Origin: the human T2T-CHM13v2.0 reference genome, Homo sapiens
Reading direction: 5' to 3' (one strand)
Assembly (NCBI RefSeq): GCF_009914755.1
Contig: NC_060939.1
DNA length: 64,000 nt
Each line of letters starts with the position of its first letter. Position 1 is the stretch's first letter. Under the pieces are notes generated by a model. That model had not been told where the DNA came from. It ran no database searches and saw only the letters and a program-made list of their open reading frames with translations. The translations under genes were made by a program, and so were the position numbers. This document shows, piece by piece, positions 31,865 to 44,529 of the stretch.

Positions 31865-32162
31865 TTTTCTTTTTTTTGAGACAAGGTCTCTGTTACCCAG
31901 GCTGGAGTGCAGTGGCACAATCACAACTCACCAGGCTCAAGTGATCCTCCCACCTCAGCCCTTCCCCACCACCCCTATCCCCCAGTAGCTGGGACTACAG
32001 GTGCATGCCACAATGCTCAGCTAATTTGAAAAAAAAATTGTTTGTAGACACAGGGTCTCACTATGTTGCCCAGGCTGATCTGGAATGCATTGCCTCAAGA
32101 GATACTCCCTCCTCAGCCCCCCAAAGTGCTGGGACTACAGGCATGAGCCACCATGCCCAGCC
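31865..32162 (-). mobile_element. AluJ
   Basis: Diverged antisense Alu dimer. Confidence 0.85.
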
Positions 32163-33478
32163 TACTTTATGTTTTAAAAGAGGATTGGAAGAGTAAGTTT
32201 GCACTTCTCATTCAGGATTCTGTGATTCTGACTTCCTCATTGCCTTTCTAACAGTCTCTTATCACTGCTCTTGTTTTCTTTATTAAACCACTTTTTCTCT
32301 CCTCCCCCCTCTTACTTCGCTCCCTCCTCCCCACTCTCTCTCTCTCTCCCCCTCCTTACCATATCAACCCAGCTTACTATCAACCCTATTGTCTTACTTC
32401 ACAAGTAACAGCTTCTGCAACTAGTAGGCAGAACATGACTGTTATTCCAAGCTCCCAGAGGAATAAGGAGGAGAAAGCCATTCTTTTTCTTTATTGATGA
32501 GCCCCTAGGGAAACTAAGTCCCTTTTCTCTTACCAACCCATGAACAAATAGGCATTGGGGTCAAGGTTCCAAAACTGCCTGTTCTGTTAGCTGCAGACTT
32601 TAAGAAAGGTTTTGGGGAAATAAATAAAGGCAGAAATGAGATATGTGTTGCTAGAGCCTTCTGTTCTCCTGGCTTCTCTCCCTGTCACATTGTTTACCTG
32701 ATCCATCTGGTATACTCCTACCCAACAGAGTAGAACGAAATTCGCTTATAATGAACAAAGGTCATTTGTTATGTTCTTAATTGATTAAAGCATCATGCTC
32801 AAAACTGCATTAGATTCTGAGTTTTTTGGCACAGGCCTGGCACATAGTGGATAAATATTTTATTTTGAAGGAGTCAATGATGTACAAAGTTACACCTATT
32901 GAAACTTTCTCAGAGGCAGAGATTATTTATAGTGATTGTGTTTCTGAACAAAATTTAGAGATAGGGTTTGATAAGTAGTTTTTTTTCCCTGATTTTGGAG
33001 CTTACATGAAACTAGAGAAGTATAAAAAATGAAATTTGTTTTGTTATACATTGAATGAACCATCAATGTATAACAATTAGAATGATACATTGAATGTAAA
33101 AATTGAAATGATCTCAGAAAATTGAACATGTTATACATCATGCCCATGGCTTGCAAAATCAGAAGCAGCAACATGTAAAGGATTTAAAAAGATGGTAATA
33201 TCATGGAAATAAGAAATACAAACTTTGTCACTTCATGCTGTCCCAACTAAAGAGTACCTGTGGGATTGAGGTGGCCACCAGATATAGCATCTGTGGACAT
33301 TCTGGGTTCAAGTGGGAAGAAAGGAATCATAGAGCAGCTTCTTTCTGCTTAATCTCTGAAGGCAAGAGGTGATGGATGGCCTTGCCAAAATATTTGAAAC
33401 ATGAACAAAGGTAGTCAGTGAATATTAACTAGCTGCGCCGTAAACTGCTGCCGGGGTTCACCGTGGTATTATACTCAC

Positions 33479-33541
33479 CTTCTGCTGCAGTAGATGCAGA
33501 CCAGACCTAATTCAGACCAATCTGGATTTTGGGTCAGGACC
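33479..33541 (-). other. Candidate spliced exon, minus strand (unverified)
   Basis: Acceptor ctttatttccttccttaatcttccAG|G; donor AAG|GTGAGT; 63 nt in unique sequence. Confidence 0.3.
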
Positions 33542-33799
33542 CTGGAAGATTAAGGAAGGAAATAAAGTGTCTCATGGTCACATATTTCCAGATACAAAAG
33601 GATATGTAGGAAAATTTTATTCTAATCCTCATCATCTAAACCCAATAAAACTAAAAAAAGATAAGAGACTTGGAGCAATGTTCTACCCTGTGAAGTCCTA
33701 ATCAAGACATGTATTTCTTCACGTGGAACCACAGGGTCTGGGATGACGTCTGACTGCATTTCCCTGATGGTAGGAGGTTGGCGAGGACAGGGATACTCC

Positions 33800-34866
<1,067 letters not shown>

Positions 34867-35069
34867 CGAGACCTAACACCCCTCCCCACACCCCTGGCAC
34901 TGGCATTCCATAAATGGGACATACCTTTCCTTTGTAAAGTGGGTTGAAGTTCCTGTTTACCTTGGAGGAGGAGCCAGTCTGGGACACATATTAAAGCATT
35001 TTTCAAGTACTTAGAGTTTAAGAAGGGATCATGCACAGCATCTAATATCACTCAAGAGGGGGTAGAGAG

Positions 35070-35560
35070 TATGGTAGATAGTCTCCAAAGACGGCCATTA
35101 CCAATTCCTTGCCTTGCATATGCATGGTACTTCACCTATCGAGAGGTGGAAACCATTTTTCCTCTCCTCAAATCTAATTGGCCTTGTGGTTTGTTTTGAC
35201 TAATAAGTAGAATGCAGCAGAAGTGCTGTTCTAGGACTTTCAAGCCAGGCCTTAATAGAATCGGCAGCATCTGTTTTCTCCATCTTTGGCAGCCAGCTGC
35301 CATGGAAGAAGTCCAGTTCTCTGAGAATGCTGTTTTGAGGAAGTCCAAGCTCTCCTCGTAGAGAAGCCCCATGGAGGAGCACCAAGGCGCCAGATACAAG
35401 AGTGAAACCTTGGCAGTCCAGCCCATGAATTCAGCCTAGTGAAGGCAGAAGAACCCACCAACTAAGCCAAGTCAACCTACAAAATTGTGAAAAATAAGTC
35501 ATTAGTGTTTCAAGACAGTAAATTTTCAGGCCGTTTGTTATATAGCAGACAGCTAATGTT
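35070..35560 (+). mobile_element. MaLR LTR (MLT1H-like)
   Basis: tggtagatagtctccaaagacggcc...ggccttgtggtttgttttgactaata...gtttgttatatagcag. Confidence 0.65.
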
Positions 35561-35617
35561 AGAGATATGGCTGCTGTAGAATTGTGTGTTACCATATCCT
35601 GAGGCTTGAAGAAATTT

Positions 35618-35942
35618 TGAGCTTCTCAAGCTTTAATCTGCATATAATAAACCATCAGGGCATACTGTTAGGAAGCAGAGTCTGATTCTGTAGGTCTGGG
35701 GTGGGGCTGAGAATCTGGCAGCATCTGTTTTCTCCATCTTGGCAGCCAGCTGCCATGGAAGAAGTCCAGTACTCTGAGAATGCTATGCTTCGAGGAAGTC
35801 CAAGCTCTCCGTGTAGAGAAGCCCCATGGAGGAGCACCAAGGTGCCAGATACTTGTAAGAAAGCACCTAAGCTTTCTTACAAGCCCCTAAGTGATGCTTA
35901 CAATGATAATGAAGTGCACGGACTCACTTTGAGTAGCAAGGC
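35618..35942 (-). mobile_element. MER5A, interrupted by an insertion at about 35717-35870
   Basis: tctgattctgtaggtctggggtggggctgagaatct / gctttcttacaag...gtgatgct...cactttgagtagcaag. Confidence 0.7.
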
Positions 35943-36466
35943 CAGTCCCTAGCTTCCAGAAAGTTCCATACTTAAATCATCTCAGAAAACCCCAGGCCTT
36001 CCCCAAGTATATTTGAGGAAAGACTAGTTTGAAAACGGGTTCTGGTCAGATAAGTTTGGGAAACGCCACCTACTCTATTCCACCACTAGAGTTTCACAAC
36101 ATACTGAGCTCATAAAGCTCTTAGAGCTCCTTCACTAAAGAAACCTGTTTAACTCTATTTAGCACAATATTTCCTGAGTATATTTGATTATTCCTATTAA
36201 TATCTTAAGGAACTAGTGTTCTGTGAAACACACTTGGAGAAGCACAAAACCACCTTCCCCCACCCCTTTTTTAAAATTAACTCAGCAGGTTAATCATTGT
36301 CTCTTAACAATGAATGTTATGTCACGTAGTGTTGCAATCCAGGAGTTTTTTCTTTTTTCTTCGCTCTCTAACCAAATTCCTTTTTTCTTGCTGTAGTCTA
36401 AGAAATCTCTATTCGTTTCCAATAGAGGTGGAAAGCAGCCCATGCCACCCATTATTTAGCCCTTTC

Positions 36467-36947
36467 TTTTTTTTTTTGTATATATATATATATATATATA
36501 TTTTTTATTATTATACTTTAAGTTCTAGGGTACATGTGCACAATGTGCAGCTTTGTTACATATGTATGCATGTGCCATGTTGGTGTGCTGCACCCATTAA
36601 CTCGTCATTTACATTAGGTATATCTCCTAATGCTACCCCTCCCCCCTCCCCCCACCCCCCAACAGGCCCCGGTGTGTGATGTTCCCCTTCCTGTGTCCAA
36701 GTGTTCTCATTGTTCAATTCCCACCTATAAGTGAGAACATGCGGTGTTTGGTTTTTTGTCCTTGCGATAGTTTGCTGAGAATGATGGTTTCCAGCTCCAT
36801 CCATGTCCCTACAAAGGACATGAACTCATCATTTTTTATGGCTGCATAGTATTCCATGGTGTATATGTGCCACATTTTCTTAATCCAGTCTATCATTGTT
36901 GGACATTTGGGTTGGTTCCAAGTCTTTGCTATTTTGGGTAGTGCCGC
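36467..36947 (-). mobile_element. L1PA (PA4/PA5-like) 5'-truncated 3' end; tail contains (TA)n
   Basis: IAKTWNQPKCPTMIDWIKKMW...SLIGGN; TSD ATTTAGCCCTTTC at 36454-36466 and 36948-36960. Confidence 0.95.
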
Positions 36948-38937
36948 ATTTAGCCCTTTCAATGCTTGAAGCTCTCCTCTTCCTATCAAGGTGCTTAGTC
37001 TTCTACTTCTTTCCATTTTTTCTATTTCCCAGCACCTATTGCTCTTTTTCCAGCTCCACCACTTAACCAGCTGGTTGACCTTGGATTTGTTTCTTGATAT
37101 TTTTAAGTATAAATATTTCCATTCGTAAAATGGAGTTACTCCTAATATTGGAAATATTAAACGAACCCATCTATTGAGTGCTTAGCATACAGCCTGCAAG
37201 TCCTAATCATTAAGGAAATGTCAGCTTTTGTTGTCATTGTTCTCTTACAGCTCCAACTCTCCAGCTCTATGGGTGTCCCTGTCCCAGCGAGGCTGGGGAG
37301 GAGGGAAAGACACTGGGGGGGGACACATGGCTGATTGAAACTCATCTAATTCCACAGTCTGATTTGAGCTGCTATTCTTAGCCTCCTTCACACCAAATCT
37401 TTTTCCTGGTACCGCTGAGAAGCTTCAGAAAGTTCAGGCTAAAGTTAGAAATCTAAATCTGTGTCTCTGGAAGTCCACCCACTCTTCATCTTTGGAAGCT
37501 GTTCTTTGGGGCTGACACTGGAATTTCAAGGGTTATCTGCTATTTTTACATTTTTATTGTCTCTTTGCTGAAACAAGTCAGAGATGGTCTCCCAGCAGCA
37601 GGACTTAATACTGGTAGGTTTTGTACTGAAATGTAGCTCAGGATAATATCACCTCCACTGTTTATCCCTTTATCCCAGAGACCACCTGCAAATAGTTTTG
37701 AGTTCCTTACTTCTCTCCCTCCTCATTTGCTTAGGAGAAAGCAGGCAGCTTCTCATCCATATTAAAAACCTATGGCACTTTTTCTTCACTAGCTCCTCTC
37801 CCCTGCCATTTGCAGACCTCACTAATAGCACCACACTAAGCCTTTACTCCTATAGAGGGTACACAGAGTAACTCAATCTGGCCTTAGTTCTTTCTTCCCT
37901 GGCCTCAAAAGGAAGTAGCTCTGGTCACAAGACAAACTTCCCTTCCCGTGAAGTGGGAGAAAATCTGCTGCACTTTCCCTTCAAGCCTGATCTATTTTCT
38001 TCATGTGTGCAGATACAGTGTGATTATTATTATATTTCTCTCTGGGCACCAATTGCTGTCCTTCACACAGGGTAAACGAAAAGGCAGCCCAGAGGGAAGC
38101 AGAACTTTTGATCTCAGTGCTGTATTGAATGCAGCTGCTCAGCTCCTCTCTGTGAGTGACACCAAGGCTAGTATTTTCATCTCACTTAAAGACGTAGGAG
38201 GACCTATAATAATAGCTAAGATTCAGTGCTGCTAAGGTGCCAGGCACTGTGCTAACTAAATACTTTACATATAATCTCATCTAAACATCCACTGGTGTTC
38301 CCATTTTGCAGAGGACCTGAGGGATCTAAGGCTTAAGCGGCATAACGTGTCCTAAAGGTCACAGAGCTGGTCAGTGGGAGAGGAGAGGCTCAAACTAGAA
38401 CCTCAGGAACTCTCGTCCATTACATATGGAAATTTTGCTTGGAGAATTGGCCCAGGCTGTTATGGGAGCCGTGCTGAGTTATGGCTCCACAGGGCTGCAG
38501 GGCCATTCTGAGGCCATGTAACCCACCTCCCTGTCCTTAGGCAGCACATCCCCAGCCGTTCCACTAAAATGTTGTTGCTCCTATCTGAAAATAGTTGTGA
38601 GAAGTTATTCCTCAGCCAAGCCTGGCATGTCTGTAGGGGTTTTATGACCCTTGGGCAGGGGGTTTAGCCTGAAGTTTCTGAGTATTCCCGTCTGAAAATG
38701 ATCCGTCTGCTGAAACTCGAACTAATGTTATTTTCTGTTTAGCTTCCTACGGGTAGGAAATGAATCCAGAGAAGTTGCCACTTGAAACTGGAGTGCACAT
38801 ATGGTGCTAGTCTTAGGACGACTGTGGATCCAAAGAAAGTTTTTATTATCAATCTCATTATAATATTTATTTTCCCTGTGATATGAATTGTAAAGTAAAA
38901 AGCTGCAATGACTTTGGTTTAGTTCTTTTTTTAGTGG

Positions 38938-39102
38938 TCTTGTTACTCTAAGTGTGTCTCAAGGGTCAGCAGCATCAGCATCACCTGGGAGCTTGTTATC
39001 AATGCAGAATCTCAAGCCCCGCCCCAGATTTGTGGAATCAGAATCTGCATTTTGATAGCATCCCAAGCTTATCTGTGTGCACATAAAGTCTGAAGGGCAC
39101 CG
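38938..39102 (+). mobile_element. MER5A
   Basis: cagcagcatcagcatcacctgggagcttgtt...gaatcagaatctgcatttt. Confidence 0.72.
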
Positions 39103-39154
39103 TTTTATGGGACTTAAGCCTGAGGGTAGAGTACAGATGGCCTAGGTGTTAAAG

Positions 39155-39325
39155 TAATTGTTCACAATGCTGGCTGTACCGTAGGATCACCTGGGGAACT
39201 GCAGAGCACCTGGCTCCCACTGCTGAAGATTCTGGATTAATTTATCTGGGGCGGAGACTAGGGGTGGGTACGTTTGGAAAGTTTCTCGGGTGAGTCTAGT
39301 GTGCGTCAGGGCTCAGCACCACTGC
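39155..39325. mobile_element. MER5B-like
   Basis: gatcacctgggga...gattctggattaattt...caccactg. Confidence 0.5.
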
Positions 39326-39659
39326 CTAAAAGATATGCTGACTTCTAGCTCTGGGCATGTGAAGATAAGGCGTTGTCTGTCTCTCTCTGCTGGACGTTCT
39401 ATCTAAGCAGCGTGGATGTTGACAAGGCTCCTGGAAGGACAAGAGAAGGTATATTAAAACATACAATTAAGCCCTAACATACGTAAATATGTCTTTGAGA
39501 AGACAGTGAAAGGAGAGCCATGGGACCATGTTTAACTACGTTGGCAGAGTCAGGGTTTGGAAAAATGCACCATTCCTCTAACTTGGTAGATTCATGGAGA
39601 AGACGTAATGTCCTTCATTTAAGATTTTAGTGTCTTTCATTCAGGACGTGTGGCTGCTT

Positions 39660-39851
39660 TAGGGTTGCTAGATTTGGCAAATAAAAATACAGGACACTCA
39701 GTTACATTTGAGTTCCAGGTGAACAAAGAGTAAATTTTGAGCATTTTTTTTTTAGTATGCAATATTTGAGAAAATAACACATTAAAAAATTATTCACTGT
39801 TAATTGGAAACAAACTTAGCTGTTGGTCCTGTATTTTATCTGGCAACCTCA
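39660..39851. mobile_element. MER53 palindromic hAT MITE
   Basis: Termini AGGGTTGCTAGAT..AAATACAGGAC and GTCCTGTATTTTATCTGGCAACCT. Confidence 0.8.
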
Positions 39852-41507
39852 GCCTGTTTAGAGCAGAGTTTCAGTGAATGCCTTGGGACACTGGAACATG
39901 GAAAACAATGCCCTCTGAATTGTGAGGGTGCATAGCAGCTCTGGGTATGTGTGTGTGTGTGTTAAGGGTATTGAAGGGATAGACGTACGGAGGCACACAA
40001 GTTTCGATAATGGTAAGGACAATGGAGAAGAATTTTCTCTTTGTATGTCAGGGAAAATGTACTCATAAGTTACAGACTGAAAAACACTGAAGAAGCCTTT
40101 GTGAAGGGAAATTTTTTATGATAAATTGATTTTTGGGCAAAAATCTTTTTTTGCCAAAAATATTGTAAAAATTGCTTCTTGCAAAAATTTCAAACTGTAC
40201 AGAAAGGTGTAAAATGGAAAGCAAAAGTATCAAAATCTCTCATTATCACCCCCAGAAACTACCATTCTTAACTTTCACTTGTGTATCCTTCCAGGACTTT
40301 CTTGGGCATAGATTAACATGCGTCTACATATGAATATTTTTAATTTCAAAAATGAAAATATATATTACATACTTTTGCAAATTGCTTTTATTTCCACTTA
40401 ACAGTATATCTTAGATATCTTTTCATATGTGCCTGTATAGCTATACCTACTTCGTTCCTTTTTAACAACTGTATTATAATTTATTAAATTATGGAATATT
40501 TTTATTATGAATTCAAGGGCCACTTAAAAGTGTTTTCTCTGTGCAGAGCTTTGCATAAGTGTTTGCATCTCACAATTCAATATTCAATTTAGCATCAATA
40601 GTTGGTATCAGTCCAACAGTATCTCCTCAGAGAGGCCTTCCCTCTTTCCCCTGGGAAAAATAGCTTTGCCCCTAACCACACTCTCACTCTTCCTAACAAA
40701 TTACCTTGTGTTGTTTTCCTTAATTGGCATTTATCTCTATCTGAAATGCTCTAATATAGCAAATTGTTTATTTATTTTTGCATAGCTGTCTCTCCCCACT
40801 AGCCTGAGACTGCACAACATACAATGGGTGTGCAAAACGTATCTGTTAATGGATGAATGATCAAATGATTGAATTGAACATACTGTGGCATATAAAAACA
40901 AGGAATGGCAAGGAGGCATGTGATGACTCAGGCAGCAAATGGAACTTAAGGCGTACTGTGTTAAGGGATAAATTCAATTCTATGGGAGCTCATTGAGGGG
41001 AGCAAATCATTTATCATAGACAGAAAGGAAAGGCTTCAAGTGAAAGTGAATTAGAAGTGACAGTGTAAGAATGAGAATGACTGACAGGTAGGGACTGTGG
41101 GAATGGTATCACAAGGTAGAGGACGTGTCTAGACAAAGTTTGGAGGCGGGTAATTGCCTGGCATATTTGGGGAGAGGTGTCTTTGCCACCATGGTGGGAG
41201 CTCGGGATGTGCATGGGGAAGGCCTAGTGGATTGGGGAGGGATTTGAATGCTATATTGAGAGATTTTGATCATTTTACTCTAAGCACTGGGGAACTATTA
41301 AGGATTTTTGAGGTGGGAAGTGATGGGTTAATGATATATTTTAAGAGGGTAATATTTTCAGCAATGGAAATATTTGTTGGAGCAGGGAAAGGCTGAGGTT
41401 ATGAAGAAGCACTAAGAGAGAAGACGAGGGCAAGGTCCAGACAGGTTGGAATGACTGACCTATTTAGGTGGGGAAATTTAGCTGTGCTTGATGTCACTCA
41501 TCAAGAT

Positions 41508-41730
41508 CAGTAGTTGGCAGACCATGGCCTATGGGCCAAATCTGGCCCACTGTCAATTTTTGTAAATAAAGTTTTTTTGGGAAATAGTCATGTCCATTCT
41601 TTTACGTATTGTCGAGGGCTGCTTGGTGCTCCACTGGCAGAATTGAATAGTTGTGAAGAGCCCACATGGCCTGCAAGGCCTAATATATTTACTACCTGGA
41701 TCTTTTTCAGAAAAGGTTTGCTAGTCCCTG
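41508..41730 (+). mobile_element. MER58A (hAT-Charlie)
   Basis: gggccaaatctggcccac...gtaaataaagttt; 8-bp TSD ATCA(A/C)GAT at 41500-41507 and 41731-41738. Confidence 0.85.
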
Positions 41731-43159
41731 ATCACGATGAACAGTATCTATATCTCTCTCATGTAGGTCTTAGATGCTGAGATCATTACCATCTTAAAAG
41801 AGAGCAAGGTTTATCCCTGTCCCTGGGAACCAAGGGTCACACTTTCCCATCAACCAGCTGTTGCTCTTTGCCTTGAGCTTTGTCTTAAGTTCCAGTGAAT
41901 TTATGAGCCACAAAAGCCCTGAATCTCAGAAGCCCTAAGATGCAGCCCGGAAAAGCTGATTGGGAAGGAGACTGTGTCCCTGGCCAAGGGCCAACAGTGC
42001 AGCTTTCTCAAGATCCCATCTTTGCCTTTGCAGAGCCCACCTGGTTGCTTGCCCCTGTTAGGATGTCGCCTCCTTGTCATCAGAGCTGCTTGCAGCCCGT
42101 GTCCTATCCTGGCTTGCCCTTCCTCCAAGGACAATTCAAAGTTTTTGGATTTTCCTTTGTAAGAACACAACAGCAGGGACATGACACCCTTTCAAAATGC
42201 AGAGGGGGCTTTACACTCACATGCACATGGACTCCTCTCTCAAAAAGTCTCAGAATGGGAAACCTCACATTCTCAGCAGATGGCCTTTTAGCAGCATCTC
42301 AGCTGTTAGGATACCTGTTATCTGATTGATACTTCCAAGATCCTGGTTGAAATCCCTTTGTTTCCTTAGTCTTGAGGATATGCCTTCATGTTTTATGTTT
42401 TAAATTGTGGCTGTTTCATATAATATGGGTTGGCATTTTCAACAAGTTAAAAATTCACCAAGACATCATTCCTCCATTAGTAATAGTGACGCAAACTTTC
42501 CATTTTGGTGAATGGCCCTACAGTTCCTCACTTCAAGGTATTGAGTGAAATGGGAGTTTCCTTGCTGACTTTTCTCAGCTTATTTTTCCCCTTGACTTAC
42601 CCACTTGAAAATTATTGCTTGCCTATAAATAGCTCCTACTTATTTCTAAAGTCAAGAGTTTGTTTGTAGGTTGTTTACTAGGATGTCATCAGCCAAACTG
42701 CAGTGTCAGGCTGCTCAGGGGCAAGCTAATTTCCTTTTGAAAATTGCAATTCTGAAAGCTGCACATATTTTATCTCCATCATCAGTAGGAACCAAAGTAC
42801 ATGTAGCTTCATGCTGTGATATACCAGCAAGCTAAATAAAAATGATCCCACTCTTGCAACTTAAAATAGGTAACATTGGTGTGAACTGACCCTGATGTGG
42901 CACACACGAAATTAACTTTCAGGATCTCTGAGCCATCATCCTTCAACAAGAGGCTTGGGTGACTGCCAGTCAAGCGAAGCAAGCCATATGTATTAAGATC
43001 TCTTTGAAGAGAGGAAAGAGGCAGTATTTTCAAATAAGTTCCAAATTGAAAGTGACAAGGGCAGATGCTTCAATCTACAGGCAATGATTTGCAAAAGAGC
43101 TGTTTGATACATAGGCAACTCTAGGTATCAGGCTTCAGGGTATACAGACTGGGGCACCC

Positions 43160-43361
43160 TATAGGGTGATTTTGCTTCCTTTCCACCCACGACCACCCAT
43201 CCCCAGCTCAACTCATCATCACCAGGGGACATTTGACAATGTTTGTAGACATTCTTGGTTCTCACAACTGGAAAGGGAGGTGCTGTTGGCATCTAGTGGG
43301 TAGAGGCCACGGATGCTGCTAAACATCCTACAATGCACAGGATAGCTCTTCACAACAAAAG
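43160..43361 (+). mobile_element. MER20 (hAT-Charlie), 3'-truncated
   Basis: ggcatctagtgggtagaggcc..ggatgctgctaaacatcctacaatgcacagga. Confidence 0.85.
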
Positions 43362-43397
43362 TAAATGGTTCTCCTATGCAGTGTCTGAGTTGCCAGG

Positions 43398-43774
43398 TTG
43401 TTTTTTTTTTTTTTTTTTTTTGAGACAGGGTCTTACTCTGTCACCCAGGCTGGAGTGCAGTGGCATGACCTAGGCTCACTGCAGCCTTAGGTTCAAGTGA
43501 TCCTCCCACCTCAGCCTCCTGAGTAGCTGGGACCACAGGCATGCCACTGAGCCCAGCTAATTTTTTGTATTTTTTTAAAAGACTTTGTTCATGGCTATTT
43601 ATAAGATAAATATATACAAATTCATTAGCTTGTCCTATAATACCATAAGCACCTAAAATGAGCAGGGTTTCTCCATGTTGCCCAGGCTGGTCTTGAACAC
43701 CTGAGCTCCAGTGATCTGCCCATCTCAGCCTCCCAAAGTGCTGGGATTACAGGTGTGAGCCACCTTGTCTGGCC
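43398..43774 (-). mobile_element. AluJ carrying an 86-bp non-Alu insertion at 43576-43661
   Basis: Antisense Alu; sequence breaks after the middle T-rich linker and resumes at cagggtttctccatgttg. Confidence 0.88.
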
Positions 43775-44130
43775 AGGAATTTGTCTTTGGTTAGTAGTAA
43801 ATAGTGAGACATGTAAAAATAGTGAAACACATGCTCAGGTGGGTCTCACTTAGAGGAAGAAGTGGGATTCAGGAGTCCTCAGGATGATGGAAGGAAGAGG
43901 CTGCGGAGAGCTGGGGTGGGGCTGGGATTTCCATGCCCAGGGATGTGGAATGAGAAGGAATTAGAAGCTGGGTTCACGATGAACTGAAGAGGACAATTGG
44001 AAGTAAGTGATTCTGTAGATGGGAGAAGGGAGGACCTGTTGACTTGCTGGCAGGTAGAGAGTTTCCTACTGGCACACAGATGCCTTCATGTAACCCGGCC
44101 TCTGCTCTCATGGTGGGGTGCTCCCGGAAG

Positions 44131-44234
44131 CACCCTGTCCTCCACCACTCCTGGTATCTCACCCTGCACCCTGTCCTCCACCACTCCTGGTATCTCACCC
44201 TGCACCCTGTCCTCCACCACTCCTGGTATCTCAC
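44131..44234. repeat. 36-bp minisatellite, about 2.9 perfect copies
   Basis: CACCCTGTCCTCCACCACTCCTGGTATCTCACCCTG starting at 44131, 44167 and 44203. Confidence 0.97.
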
Positions 44235-44529
44235 TCCTCCCTCTCATCACCTTTTCTTCCTAGACATGCTGCTACCTGAGAAATCCCTGCACCGCTCTCA
44301 CCAAGTGAAGAGTATTTGGGAAATGAGGTCCTTGGCAGCGATAAAATTATTTTGCAAAATTATACAACCTTACTAAAACCATTCCAGTTAAAATCTAGAT
44401 GAGATTGACTGTCGTGAATATTCTTTCTTAATATTTGCTTAGAGATTCTGGTTAACGTAATAGTTTTTAAAAAGAACAATTTGTGTAAACTTTGGAATAG
44501 AAGAGATAAAATAATCCCCTTTGCTGGAT

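Noticed and set aside
39660-39851. MER53 hairpin as a possible miR-1302 locus
   Set aside because: The miR-1302 mature sequence as I recall it (TTGGGACATACTTATGCTAAA) is not present; the central part of this copy is deleted or diverged.
44131-44234. 36-bp repeats resembling a CRISPR array
   Set aside because: No spacers, head-to-tail tandem units, and a eukaryotic context.
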